In this document: positions 50,618 through 64,000 of the stretch, piece after piece | Numbering within the stretch: the stretch's first letter is position 1 | Layout of the letters: every line of letters starts with the position of its first letter | Source of the DNA: Camelus dromedarius | Taxonomy: Eukaryota | Reading direction: 5' to 3' | Assembly: GCF_036321535.1 (NCBI RefSeq) | Contig: NC_087436.1 | Coordinates: forward strand, 102,054,001 to 102,118,000 | DNA: 64,000 bases | The notes under the pieces: model-generated | Seen by the model: only the letters and a program-made list of their open reading frames with translations | Databases searched by the model: none | Told to the model about the DNA's origin: nothing | Made by a program: the position numbers and the translations under genes

Positions 50618-53600
50618 TTACCTCATCAGTTTCTTGTGAGGATAAAGTGAAATAAAACATTTAAAGAATGTAACTCAGTGACTGGCAAATATTGGATTTT
50701 AAATAAACATTAAAATAGGATTAAATATATGAGACCTATGAGAGGGTAAATAAAAATTCATCCTGAGAATTCTAGCTTAGCCAAAGAGACTAATGATTAA
50801 TTGTAAAAAGAGTTGGAGGTGGACTCTCTTGAAAGTTTAAAGGTAATATTTTCAAAATTTTTGCCCCACTCTTTGCCTTTGACCTCTGCTCTTCATAAGC
50901 TTTGTACAAACCTATCAATCTAAGACTTGAAGACAAGACCAAAATAAGTTTGTCTGGTTACTCACTGGGGAAAAAAAAAAAAAAGACGTGTGAAATAGGA
51001 AATTCTCCCTAGTGCAAGAACATTGCAATAATTGTCATCTTATTAAATGTATTTTAATATTGATACTTAGAAAACAATTTTACATAAGGAGCCAAGGAAG
51101 ATGTTACTATTTTTGAAGAATGTTTATTAGTGTATACCTTTGGATTCTGACATGCAAAATTAATATCTTTAACAATCTTATTTATATTTTACTGTTGGTA
51201 ATAAAGACTAAAATACCTAAAAATTTAGACATAAAAATGAGGCTAGCAGAGGAATGTCATTCCACATACAATAGTCTCTCTGACAAGTAATTGCTTTGTG
51301 TTGGCCAAGCAAAATTTTCCTAACAGTGTTCTTGCTGTAGTGTCAGTCAAAGACCCATCATAGTTCTCTCTAATAAACTCTGTTTTCTAGAAGCTTATGC
51401 ATTGGTCAGACAAATAAATAGTGGCATGACATTTTTCTTGCGGAATGTGGTCTTGTTCAGAAAGCAATTTTCCTTGTATAATTTCTATTTGAAAATCCAT
51501 TCATTTGTGACAGCAGTGTAAAGAGAACATTAATTTTAGTCGTTTGGGGATTGTTTTCCTTAGTGGGCAATGCAACATTGCCTATGACAGTGGGGAGATA
51601 GTGAAATTGACAGCTCGCTGGCAGCCTCTCAGGAACAGGGCTTTCTGAGAGACTGAAAAATGGGTTTCATGCAACTTTGATGTGGATAGTTGCAGACCCC
51701 ATGTATCAAAAACTAAATGTGTTTTAGAAATAACACCTTGGTATCATAGTAGGGACGGTCACCTTTGTAAAGTGCCAAACATTTTCTGTGGAGTGGGCCA
51801 TTTCTTTAGTGTATAAGAATTTCCTGTTGGAATTTGGGGATTTAGAAAGATTGAAAATGGTGGACAGAGTTGGGATTTTCAGTTCTCTTGATTCTATATA
51901 AAGTCCCCTTCCAATGCAATCACACAGAGATGTATTTCTGTCTAAACAGTATACACAGAATGTGTACATATATAGTACATACACAGTATATCTAGTATAT
52001 ACTATGTATACATAGGGCTGGTACAAAGGACTTTCACCTTGTCTAGATGTGTTCTGTGGTCACTGTTGGAAATGTTTATGTTGTGCCTGTCCCTTTGTGA
52101 ATAAGACAAACAGGAGGGCTTCCATTTCTGACTAACTTATACAAAACCCGTGATTGCTTCCCCACTTGCGTGCAGTTTTTGTGGATGATAGCCTTCCAAC
52201 TTTGCTTCTACAACTAAGCAGCCTCCACTGTTCCTTCATATGGTTTCCCTCATGCTCTCTTTACTCAAACAACCTTCACAAGTTTAAGGTCAAGGCTTAT
52301 GTTTATTGCCCGATTTATTTCTGTATTTGAATGGAACACATATTTCAACCTGTGTTTATGTGTGGGTCCACTATTTTTCACCCAGGAACACTGATAAAAC
52401 TGGAAATTTTGGTTCTAGTAGTACACAGGGAATAATGGTATTGCAAAGACATGTGTGGTGGTTATAAAGCTATTGCCTGATACATCAGCCAGCTTCATCA
52501 GACCTGCTGGCATTTCATTTTTTCAATTTTCTGTTGAATTAGGCAACACTGAGTCATGGTACACTTTTATGTTATGTTCAATTTTTTTAAGATCTCTGGC
52601 AAATACCGTTTGTGAAATGCTGGGATTAAAATTGTTTTACATTTCTGAAAATTATATATAAACTTCTCTGCCTTAACTATAAAGAAAGACATGCAAAAGA
52701 AATATTGGTCAACTTTTAGGAGTCAAAACCGTATTTGATCTTGCATAAAGCCACTGCCCTGTTCCACTGGCTACATTTCTGCTGGGAACATAAAAAAAAT
52801 AATAAAATAAAATGTTGCCCATAGGCTTGTTCTATTCAGAATCACTTGAAAGCCTCCAAATAGTAAAGTCGTGGTTTTCAAACACCTCTCTGTGAAGCCA
52901 CATGTCTTCCAGTCAGGGTACCAGTACGTCACTTGCAGAAATGAAGGATGCAAATAAATACTGTCTCAACGAGTGCATTTATTTTTACCTACATCTTTTG
53001 AAAAGTTTTCTACGTTAGGTATCAATTATGAATGAGAAATAGTAGAAAGCAACCTGTGATTTCAAATTAATTTTGGACTTCTGCAAAATTGCTCATAAAT
53101 CAGCCCCCAATATATATTTCAGGTCTTAATTTAAACTGAAATACTCAAATGCTATATAAAACTCAGACAACCCCACTGTATTTACTATTATAAAGTGGTC
53201 TGGTCATGAAAACATTCCCCTGTGTGTGCCCCTAAGCAATTAAAATTGTTTGCATCTAAGTAATAAATAGTGAACTTAGAGTCTAGATGGTCCTACCATG
53301 AGGACCACTCCTAGAGAGAAATAGTGTTCACTAAAGAGGCTAGTGAGAAGACTCACAGTGCTGAGAATGATACATAGTTTGATCACTTCCGATTGTGCTG
53401 TCTTGTATGGCGGAAGTTTTCTTCCTTCTTTCCTGCTTTCCTTCCTTCCTGCCTTCCTTCCTTCTTTTCTTGCAAATCTGTCCCTTAACCATCCAAAATT
53501 CATAGAATAATTATGGAGTGTAAATTATGTGTAATCAATAGCTTCAAGTTTGAAACACAGCATGAACGATGAGAGTGGTCTAAATGTTCAAAAAAGGTTG

Positions 53601-54559
53601 CATTTCATTGCACATCTTTTAGAACATGTTTCAGATATCTGAGTGGATATTTGTAGAAATTTTCAACAGTTCTTACTTCTTTCAGGATGTAATATAAAAT
53701 GACAAGACAAGCTACTCACCAATAAGGTCATTCACATTGAAGATATCTTTAAAAAAAAAAAAAAAAAGAAAGAGAGAAAAACTCAATTTCGTTTAACTGG
53801 GCGATGTGAAAGAGTGACAGCAGAAAACTAAACAGTTAGTCAGCAGATGAGGCGTCGAAGAGGGGTGCCTGAAAGAGCTGTGGACAACAGTGACACTCAG
53901 AGAGCACGTAGAGGCCAAACTCCAAAGTGTTAACTTTCTGAGAAGACTGAAACCGACATGCCATCCCAATATAAAGCCTCCAGAAACGAGGAAACTGTTT
54001 ATCAACAATGTCGTGCTGCAGCCCACAAGGTGATGAGGTGAGAATTGAAGCTGCCAACAGTGACAAGAGATAACATATCTAACTTTTAATCTCAGTTCTA
54101 CACATGGATAGTTACACTGCCAGTAAAGTGATTTACTCAGTGTCTTTTCCAGAAAGTTCAGCTTTTTAAAATTGACCACGACATGGAACCACTTTCAATT
54201 GAAACAAGTCAATGTTTTAGGCTTAATTATTATTATTACCTGTATTGGCCATTAGAATAGAATATTACAGCCACCAAGAATACCTGAAGCATCTAACGTC
54301 AACAAAGTCAAGGAAGTATTTTGTTATTGAACATAAAGTAGAATTGCAAGACTGAAATCTCCGTTAATAATTTATAGCAAACATGAGATTCAAGAGTGTT
54401 GAAAACTAGCCCTTTTACTGCCACCAGCAATAAGATCCTTAATATAGCTGTAATTTTATTTTTTTCTCAGATAGAAGGACCTGATACAGTCTTATCTACC
54501 ACTTGGCTTTCTCTTTGATTTAATCTGATAGAAATTATAAGGCTATCACTTCTAAATAT

Positions 54560-54730
54560 TTTACAAACATTAACTATTTACTTATTTAACCTTCCTAAAA
54601 ACCACTGGGGGCAGATATGGCTATCTTCCCACGTTACTCTCAAGTATCCAGAGATTAATTTCCGAAGGTCAAACACATGCTGAATTGCAGAAACTACCTA
54701 TAAACCCAGGAATTTAGATTTCAACATTGA
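54560..54730 (-). mobile_element. MIR
   Basis: cttatttaaccttcctaaaaaccactgggggcagatatggctatcttccc...cagagattaatttccgaaggtcaaaca. Confidence 0.55.
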
Positions 54731-57700
54731 CAAATACCTCTAATACGTTACTCTAGACTCTATCTTGGACCAGATGCAAAACTTCTTGGAAAATACATAA
54801 CCATATAAACACAATGGATTATTTTTCAGACACTTTTTTGACCATTAGTACCATTAACAAGCTTGTAATAATAGCTGGACAAGGTGCATCCTTTTTTTTT
54901 ATGTGGTACTTTATGGTATGATATGAAAAAGAAACTAACTTGAAATAAACAATGCAAAAAAAGCTAACTTAAAAATGTGCATTAGCAGTTGATTATGAAA
55001 TCCTTTTAGGAATATCTCATTTTAACCATAGGAAAGAAGGAATACAGATGATTTTCAGGGAACAGAAAATTGGTATAACAAGTGGTCAGAAACTCAAGTT
55101 ATTTCTCTCTGATGGTTTAATTGATCCTACTCTCTTCAAACATGTTTTCCTGACCTCTCAGGCCACACAATATTCAGAAGATGACCCATCTAGAGCCCCC
55201 AGTTTACATTCATGTGACATAGTCTCTCAAAGTAAAATATTCTATTCTCACTACTCAACCCTGATGGAAAAAAAGTGCTGCTATCCCAGCTGAGTCTATT
55301 CTTGGCCAACTAACTGTGACCAAATAATTGAGTCACACAGAACACATACATAATTGCAGATTTATTTTCTGAAAGTAGACACTAGTCCCTTTGCTGCCTA
55401 TAGAGAAACGGAAATATTTCTGAGATAATGCTGGATATGAGTCACCGTCTTCACTGGGAGAGTGAAAGGCATCAGTACTCGTTTTGTTTTGTTTTTTTTT
55501 CTCCAGATACTGACTCTTTCATCTTAGGTAGATATTTTCTTACAAAATCAAATATTATTTATTGGTTATAATCTCCAGCAAGCCCACAAACTTTCTGAAT
55601 ATATATCTTACATAGACAGAAATGGGAATATACTTTTTAAAAGGAAGAAGAAATTTGGCCACAATCACGTGGTGTTGTAGATTGATAGCCTTAAGCCCAG
55701 TAATTGTGTACTTTTTTTACTTCCATATTTCCCACCCTTGAATATGCTGACTTTGTTCCCTTTTTTATGTTAATCGTCTGTGGCCTTGGTTTAGGGATGA
55801 TAGTGTTGACTCTCTCTGAAGAAGCTAAAAGTGATTTTCACCTATTTGTGTAGAACTATTGATGTCATGAGCCATCTGTGTCTCAGTAGTATCAGAAGGT
55901 TGTTGGAGGGGGGAATGGGAAAAGAAGGAATAGGTTTAAAGGAAAGGAGGCCATGCACAGGGTACCGTAGTCTTAACCTACTTCATTCAACCTATAACAG
56001 CTTCTATGTTCTAACCTCCTATTTCTGTGGTTTGGAAGCTCACATAAATTTGAGACATTTTGGTATCAATATGCATATCAGTCCAAAAATGCTTTCCAAG
56101 CACTCTGCCTCAATGCCTGACAATCAAATGTAGAAAATAGAAGGCTCTGAAGAGTGACTTGAATGGATCCTTAAGGGGAAGCTCAGATTAGAAAGACCTT
56201 GGCACTAATCTTTGTCTCTTTCGGTTCACAGCCTCATTCCCCGCATCCTTGTCTTTCCCGTTCTTATCCAATTCAGGGCAAGAAGCATGTTGTGCACTGA
56301 AGAGTAGTGTGCTTTAGAGAAGAGGGCACACTGAGAATGAGAAAAGATACTAGTCCAGCTGGAAGTGTAAATAAGAGTGAATTTTCAGAAAGAGGTGAAT
56401 TCCCATGGAAGGTTATTATGTAGACTATGGTATTTATCCTCTTAAACTTTCTATTGTTAAAAAACACAGAACTGCACATTCTCCCTACGCACTGAATACC
56501 TGTGAAGTCAAGCCTTGCGGGGGGTGGTGCAGGTTTGCGTTCAGTTAGTTGTGTATCAGAATGAACCATGCTATCTGTGAAATAAAATGAAAACAGAACT
56601 ATAGATATGAAGTGATGCTCACCTGATGCTCTAATAACCACTTAAATCAGAGACAAAGCTGGTTCCCTAAGGAGAGAAACATTCCATGACTCACTGAATA
56701 CAATCCTGAAAAAAGCAACATGCACTTTACTGCAAAGGGCTCTTGTAACCTTGAGAGACTGCTGATTGCTTTAATTTTCATCTTCCATTCCTCACTTCAG
56801 GAATTTAATTGAAAATATCAAGAGATTAAAAAATCAGTTAAATAAATAAAATTGAATGGCAAATAAATTATGAAAATGAGATCAATCATATGCAAGATAC
56901 AAAGTCAAGGATATTGAAGAATTATAGTCATATAACAGGTATAATTTACCATGTTAAGAAAACATCTTAATTAAACGTGCTGTGGCAGAAAGTTAGAAGT
57001 TATTTTTTTAAATAAAAGTTTGTATACATGTATGTGTACAAGCACATACATATACAATAATTACATATTTTTTCAATTCAATAGTAAGATGGGAATGAAA
57101 TTCAGTTTTTACTATAACATATCATCTAAATCATAATTGCTAAAGTTCTCCATCTTCTTAATTTAGTTGTTCAGGTCAGCTAACAGGCATTGTTTTCCTC
57201 TGAAGGAATGGCCCCTGCTGATAAGTGCCTGGTTCCAGTGAGAGATGCAGATAGATATAAATATACATATAAAGGTATAGATATAGATATGTGTGCAAGA
57301 CAATGAAAAATGTATTAGGATCTCTAATCTCGAAGTTCTTAAAAATCACTGACCGTGCGTCTAAGTGTGAGTCAGGATGACAGATAGATAGACAAAAGGA
57401 AGTATTTAGAACAGGTAAATAACTAAAATAGATGATACAATTTTAAAAATCCAAGAAAGTAGTCAATTAAATAGAATTTTAGACTGGGAACTAGATAGAA
57501 TAAATTTGATTCCTTCTTTACCGTTTCAACTCACCTTTTTCACCTTGCTTTATTATCTGCATACAATTATCAATATAATTTATTTCAACTTTTAAATCTT
57601 TTAAAACATTTAATGAAATGCAGTGGGAACTTAAAGGAAGAGAGATTATACCTATAGTGGGAAATTTTGAAAAGATATCAGAAAAAATAGAGCATTTAAA

Positions 57701-57759
57701 AATGATTTTGAAGTAAGGTTATTTCAGATATACCTTTAAGACAACGTAAAAACAAAACA

Positions 57760-58890
57760 AACCTTAAAAGTGTAAGAATAATTTGCAAGTATAACTTAAA
57801 TGAACACCAGAAGTAAAATACAAACTCTTGAAAGAAATACAACAGAATTCAACACGAGTATATACTAGTATTGAAATGCATACTGTATGCTTAATGAAGT
57901 TCATTGTAAACCTTAAAACAACCATTAAAATATTAAAACATAGAGGTTTATCTAGAAACCAAAAATACAGGAAAAAAATCATAAACAATTAATCCATAGA
58001 AGGCAGAAAAAGATAAATAAAAGGAACAGATGGGACTAACAAAAAACAAAGAACAATATAGTATGTTTTAAATCCAACTGTATTGTTAATTATGTTAAAT
58101 GTAAACATTAACAGTCTAATTAAAATTAGATTGTAAATGTGTATCAAAATACTCAAATCTATGCTGTCTGCAAAATCACACTTTAATTATAAGGATATTG
58201 AAAGCCTAAAAGAAATAATGTAAAAAGATATACCATGAAAACAGTCATAAAAAGTGGTCTGGAATACTTAATAATAAGTAGACCTCAAAATATCGAATAT
58301 AACAACTAATAACAAGGGATGCTTCTTAATGATAAAGAGGTCAATTATTAAATACAATATAAAAATCCAAAATAAAACACATCATATAACAACTTTGAAA
58401 AATGTAAATAAAATACTGATAAAACTGAAAGAAAAAATACAGAAATCCAAAATCATTACTGTAGATTTCAATACTCCTCCCTCAATAATTGATAGAACCA
58501 ATAATCAGTAAGATACAGATGAGTTGAATAACACCATTAACACTACCAGATCTAATTTATATTGAAAAAACTATTGATTACACAATTTTTAAAAAGTGAC
58601 ATGGGACATTCACCAAGATAGACCATAATTCAGGGCATAGACCAAGTCTCATATTCGAACTGTTGAAATTTTCAAAGTAGATTTTCAAACCATAATGGAA
58701 TTAAGCTAGAATTTAATAACACAAAAGAAAAATTCTGAACAATGTCCAAATATTTGGAAATGAAACAACACTTTTCTAAACTAAGGATCAAAGAAGAAAT
58801 CTCAAGGAACGTCAGAGATTATTCTAGACTGAAAGTGAAAACCCAATATATAAAATTTTGTGACGTGCAACTAAAGCAGCATTTACAAGT
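57760..58890 (+). mobile_element. Old L1 fragment (inter-ORF region and endonuclease region of ORF2)
   Basis: SKIITVDFNTPPSIIDRT; catgggacattcaccaagatagaccat; accataatggaattaagctagaa. Confidence 0.85.
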
Positions 58891-59502
58891 TTGCATGTAA
58901 TCCAGTACCACTTGCTGGGCAACTGGAACACAAATAAGTAAGCATGTGACAAATCACCTAGATGCAACGTCCTCGAGGGAAACTAGACTGGGAATGTCAC
59001 ACCAACCCAAGTTTGAACTTCTTGAGCTTATTCCCATTGCCTACTCCTCCTTACCCTCCCCGACACCATGCCATCCTCCTCATCAGTAGTCACTGGGACA
59101 CTTGTGATGCCAAATATTACTGAGTTCTGCCTTCTCCCCCACCCTCGACACCTACCCTTCTCTTTCGCTTTCACACACTTGAATCTCTGCTCACCAGACC
59201 AAAACAGCAGAGTCTCTCATCCACGGGTAGGCATTCTCCCCTTTATTTCACTTTAGGGACATCTTTTAAAACCTAGCAGTAAACTGGTAACTAATGATCT
59301 AATAAATAAAAAATGTTGAAAGCAGCAGTCACTTCATCATAAATTTCTTTGTTGTGTTTCTCAGATTAAATATGACAGTAGTGAAAGGTTTTCTGTTGTA
59401 AGTAAATAGCTTTGTAACTTAGAATGTAATACTCTAAGATTTATTCATCATTAATGGTAAATTTCCCTGGACAAGACCCAGGTCTAATTACTTTGTGAAT
59501 TA

Positions 59503-59712
59503 TTTTTTCTTTTAATTGAAGTATAATGAAGTTGACATTATATGAGTTTTAAATGTACAATGTAACGAGTCAATATTTGTATGTATTGAGAAATGATCAC
59601 CATAATAAGTCCAGTTAATGTCATCACCACATATAGCTGTAAAAATTTTGTTTTTCTCCTGATGACAACTTTCAAGATCCACTCTTAGCTACTTTCAAAT
59701 ATGCAATGTAGT
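59503..59712 (-). mobile_element. L1MA/MB-type 3' end
   Basis: aaatgatcaccataataagtccagtta...ttcaagatccactcttagctactttcaaatatgcaat. Confidence 0.8.
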
Positions 59713-62199
59713 TGAGCTCTGTCCTAATGGAGTCACTTTATAACGATCTCAGATTTGAGGAAATGTCTGCTGGGGGAAGTTAAAAATTTGGGGCAAAATT
59801 AACCTATTTGATAAAAGGTAATTTACTGAATGATGTGTGGAGATTGTCACAATATTAATTAGGAAGAATTATTCTCACACACACAAGCAGACCTAGGGAG
59901 GAAAATAAAAGATTAGAGGTAATAGTCACTGATCCTGTGCTCAGTGTAGATTAGGGACCTACACTGTGTCTTTTTTAATCCTCATGGAAATCCTATGACG
60001 TAGAGGCCACTCATGAGTAGATGATAGGACATTTTCATTTTGAGGGGACTCTCCAGGAATTTAGGTGATGAGCAGCAAAATATGAATTGTGGTTCATGGC
60101 ACAGCTGGGTATATCATATTAAGCTGAAAAAGTTCTAAATGGACCAAATAGAAACCCTCATCTTGTCCCACTGAATCTCAGAGAATGTATACTCTTAACT
60201 GGAAATGGAAAACACATTTATAGTTAAATTATGTACGTATTTGAATGCACTGTGTTTTTTGATATCTTGGTATACCCAGATCTTATATTAAGTTTTTTGT
60301 TCTACAGTGGAAGGAGATATGTAGGAAGAAGGGCATATAGATATTTTAACACAAATTCTAAAATCAAAAGAAAAAAAAAACTCATAGGGACACAGAGGGT
60401 ACTAAATACAGTATCATGTTTCAGGGCTGGTAGTAGCAAAAACTGTGATAAAACAAAGTTAATTTCACCCTTTCTACACCTTGTCTCTGAACATTTTATG
60501 GGATAATATTTTTATGGGCCCTTTTCTTCAGTTGTCCTATTTAAAATAATCTTTCAAAATTCATCTTTCAATAAATAACTGACAGTAATAATTCACATTG
60601 GGTTTATATTTTTATCAAAATACTGTATATCTCAATTTCAGATTTATATTAAATTAGAGAATGAGAGATTTTACCTCCAGTAAAGAATATGTAATTACAG
60701 CAAGTAAGTTGGACAGGTTTGTTTGTAATGGCCCTAAAATCTGCCTTTTGGTGTCAACTATGTCACTCTCATGGTGTCTAGCCATAATTCATTTATTTTC
60801 AGTTTCAAGTCTCTACTTAACCCAGTGTTCTCTAATTCCTCATTAATTTCTCCTTATTCTTCTTCTATCTTCCTCGAATTTCTTTCGGAGTTTTGAAATC
60901 TAAGATGTTAAAATGCAACAAACATTTGTTTATTTATTATTTATTTACCCTTCTATTGGGCAAGTTGTTTAACTTGATGAATTAAAGTAAAATCCAAGGA
61001 TAGCTTGGTCTGAAAATAATAAACACATAGGCATGTTTTTACTGCTTATCTTACTCTCTTTGGACTCTAGAAGTAAGGGATATAAAGTAAGAAAAATTCA
61101 GTTTAACTAAAATAGCAAGCTAAGCGTATTGCTTTGTATCTGTTATTTTATCCATGTCAGTCTAATTGCATAAGCATATTTGAAGGCCAGTAGTTTTCAC
61201 CCATATAAAATAGGTGCTTAGTCCACTGAAAAGATAATTGAACTACTTATTTCTACAATTGGCCTGAGGTGTTAAAGATTTCTTAAAGCTTGTTTTGAGA
61301 CATAGCTGAATTTGATTAAGAAAAGTTAAAAGTTTTCTGAAATCTGAACTTGAGCAACATTTTTACTAATATATTTGCTAAGAAATATTATCAAATCTGA
61401 GAAAAAAAATTGACTCCCTGTTACTTTTTACCCACAAACTGGAGACTCATAGTCTAACATGATTTCTGTAACTAAATCATTCTGGCCACATCAAGATCTT
61501 TCTCCAAGTATATTTAAATTAAGGCTCTAGCAGAATGTGGTTGGACCTCAATAAAGATTGAATCAGTTAAAGTAAAACTTTAGAACATCTTTTTAAAACA
61601 CCTCTTCTCACCATTGTATCTTTTAACCATCAATCTACGTGCTTTCTTGGTTACTGAAAGGGGAGTGTACTTGGGGAGAAACAGGAGAGCCATATGGCAT
61701 GGTAAGTGGTTCTCTACCTTGTGCTATATTATTACTAGTTCTCCCTCCCTTAATTTGTAAAACAATTGAGCTCAGATAATGTCTAAGGGAGTTTACCTAA
61801 AATACTTAATGCTATTTTACATTAGAGATATTTTCATAGAATTAATAATGAGTCTAATTCTATTTCATGTTTTACATTTAAACTATTACTTAAAATTAAA
61901 ATATCCTACCATGAACTGATATAAAGTGTGTGACTTTAAAAATGGCACAATTGCAATTTATCTTGAATAATGAGAATGCCACGAGCATGTGAAAAATTTT
62001 TGTCAGATAAGATGTAAATTAGTACACTATTCAGGGAAAAGACAGTTATGATCCAGAAAGACTAGAGAAATAAATTTGTTAATTTCAGCTAAATGGGCCT
62101 TAAGCTAATAACCTTGACAAAAGAAAATTATTTTATGGTTACCATAACACCCATGTACCCAAAGCCTAATATACGGATAAAATGATAGCAGATATTCTA

Positions 62200-62600
62200 C
62201 TAGAGCAATTCAGTTTAAACCAGAGCAGTCTTTGCGTGATTCTGGACATGGCTGGAACATGTTGTAAAATACTGGTTGGCATATAGCCCCTCAGTGGCAT
62301 AATTACCCTTGAGAGAACAGAGCACACGGTGTATCAGAATCAATGATGTTATTTGAGAGAAAAGTTTGAGGAAATTGGGCTTATTCATTTTAATAAAGAA
62401 GCATTAACCTTCCATGATCTTATTGAAGTTACAGAATTCTGAAAGCAATAGATAAAACTGATCCTAATAAATTCTTCTGTCGACTCTAAAAGTCAATACG
62501 AAGAGAAAATGATCTTGAAATTGGGAAACTGGGGCCAGAAATGAAATTGAGATATAGGCATTTTATTCACAGCGTGGGATAAATTGCAACTAAAGCAGGC
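62200..62600 (+). mobile_element. Ancient CR1/L3-like LINE remnant (ORF2 C-terminus)
   Basis: tggctggaacatgttgtaaaatactgg (LE..V..W) and gagagaaaagtttgaggaaattgggcttattcattttaataaagaag (ERL.ELGLFSL..R-like), then gagatataggcattttattcacag. Confidence 0.5.
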
Positions 62601-64000
62601 AGAGCAGTGCAGCAGTGTGTGTGAGTGTGGTTATGAAACGCAGGAAGATGACGGAGTAAGAGAACTGGGAAAGAATAGAATGCAATACCTTATAATGGAC
62701 TGATCCACTTAAAACCTCACCAGTGTGGAGATACTATGTTAAGTCTAGATGTGAGCAAATTAATAAAGAAATTGTTACAGTAACCTCCTAGGCTTTCCCT
62801 AGAACGAAGGTCTTTCTCAGCAGTTCTCTCTGCAAACTGATGCTGGATTCTTCTTAAAACATCGCTTCCATCACTCTTCTCTCTTTAAATGGTACCTTAT
62901 TGCCCACATAATTAAATTGAACCTTTTTATCATTCTAGATCTGACCTCAAAGTACCTTTTCGGAATCACTCCTTTAATTTTCCTACTGAAATGTGTAGCA
63001 AGGTTTGTAATTTGAAACATTGGTCTTCAGAGAGACTCAAGAAAAAAAAAAAAGAAAAACAATGAAAAACAAATTTGCAAATTGCTGCAAAGCAAATCTT
63101 CAAGATGAAATTATAGTGTGGGTAATATTTCAAATTTATTTGACAGGAGTCTTTTTTTTACAAGAGAACAGAGTGGGAACATATCCACAGACTAGCATTC
63201 CGTGGGACACATTTTGGTAATGGTAACTTTGGACAAAAGCCTTGATCAATATTTACTAACCCATTTTAGTGTCACAGAGCCAAAAATGAATTGCAGAAAA
63301 GAAAGCTCTGGACCTGACTCCACCCCTCAAATTCACATACTTTAATTTGGACACAGTGTAGGGAAATTCACTGACAACATTCAGTTTTAAAATTCCTACT
63401 TTTTATATAATGATATTTATTCATAGAAAATACATAATATTGACTGTATTCTAATAATTTTAATTTAAAATTACATGTCTTCAAGAAAATTAAATGTAAA
63501 TAATGTTTGTTGCAATATATTTTTCATAATGAACACTGAGTAATTTAATTTAAATATGAATGCAAATTATTTATGAAATGTCAATTTTAATTAGATTTTA
63601 TATTGTAATTTAAAAAAGAAAAATCTACTTCTAAATGATCTGACAACTTTACCCGAAGAGTGACAGAATGTTTTAATTGGAAGAACTATTATTCAATGTA
63701 AATTCCTACTGTAAAACATGTTCTATTTTCCCCGGTGTCCTTTCAGTCTTTAAGTTAAGTGTGTCTTAACTGTTCTTTCGATTGGCTTAAGAATTTTGGA
63801 AATCGTGAATTCTGAAGAACTGTGTATTTTTCATCAAAATAAGTGGTGACTTTTAAAAACTAGATGCCATTAACTTTAGATTGAGGTAGCAGGATTTGAC
63901 AACTTGAGCTTTTACTCATTTCAAGAGCATTCCTTTTGAAATTCATCCTCCTGATAGTTTTTAGATATTGTTGTTGTTCCAGAAATAGTCAATGTTTACA

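Noticed and set aside
53793..54179. 128-aa minus-strand ORF
   Set aside because: No recognisable domain, non-ATG start and no supporting splice structure; possibly an old LTR remnant.
1..64000. Prokaryotic-type systems (CRISPR, operons), tRNA or rRNA genes
   Set aside because: The sequence is mammalian; no repeat-spacer arrays or structural RNA genes were seen.

Overview
AT-rich mammalian genomic DNA with no intact protein-coding gene. The young L1 3' UTRs are of cetartiodactyl type, and no Alu, Bov-tA, PRE-1, CHR-2 or CanSINE elements are visible, which suggests a camelid (inference). The main result is a heavily decayed multi-exon gene on the minus strand from about 25,000 down to about 1,200. 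About 30 exon remnants can be read by eye. Many keep AG/GT(GC) boundaries and form long chains of phase-compatible junctions, but they carry many stops and frameshifts. The reconstructed peptide has repeated RGS-domain-like motifs and an N-terminal motif like RGS22/RGSL1, but does not match either as I recall them, so I interpret it as a candidate unitary pseudogene of a further RGS22/RGSL1-like paralog. Two exons are split by transposons (a small L1 with TSD and an ERV1-type solo LTR). The rest is mostly repeats: a 5'-truncated L1 with a micro-inversion, a twin-primed L1, a near-full-length L1 lacking almost all of ORF2, old L1 fragments, MLT1, LTR33-like, MER20, MIR, L2 and a CR1-like remnant. 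Family names come from motif recall, not database searches, and old-repeat boundaries are approximate.
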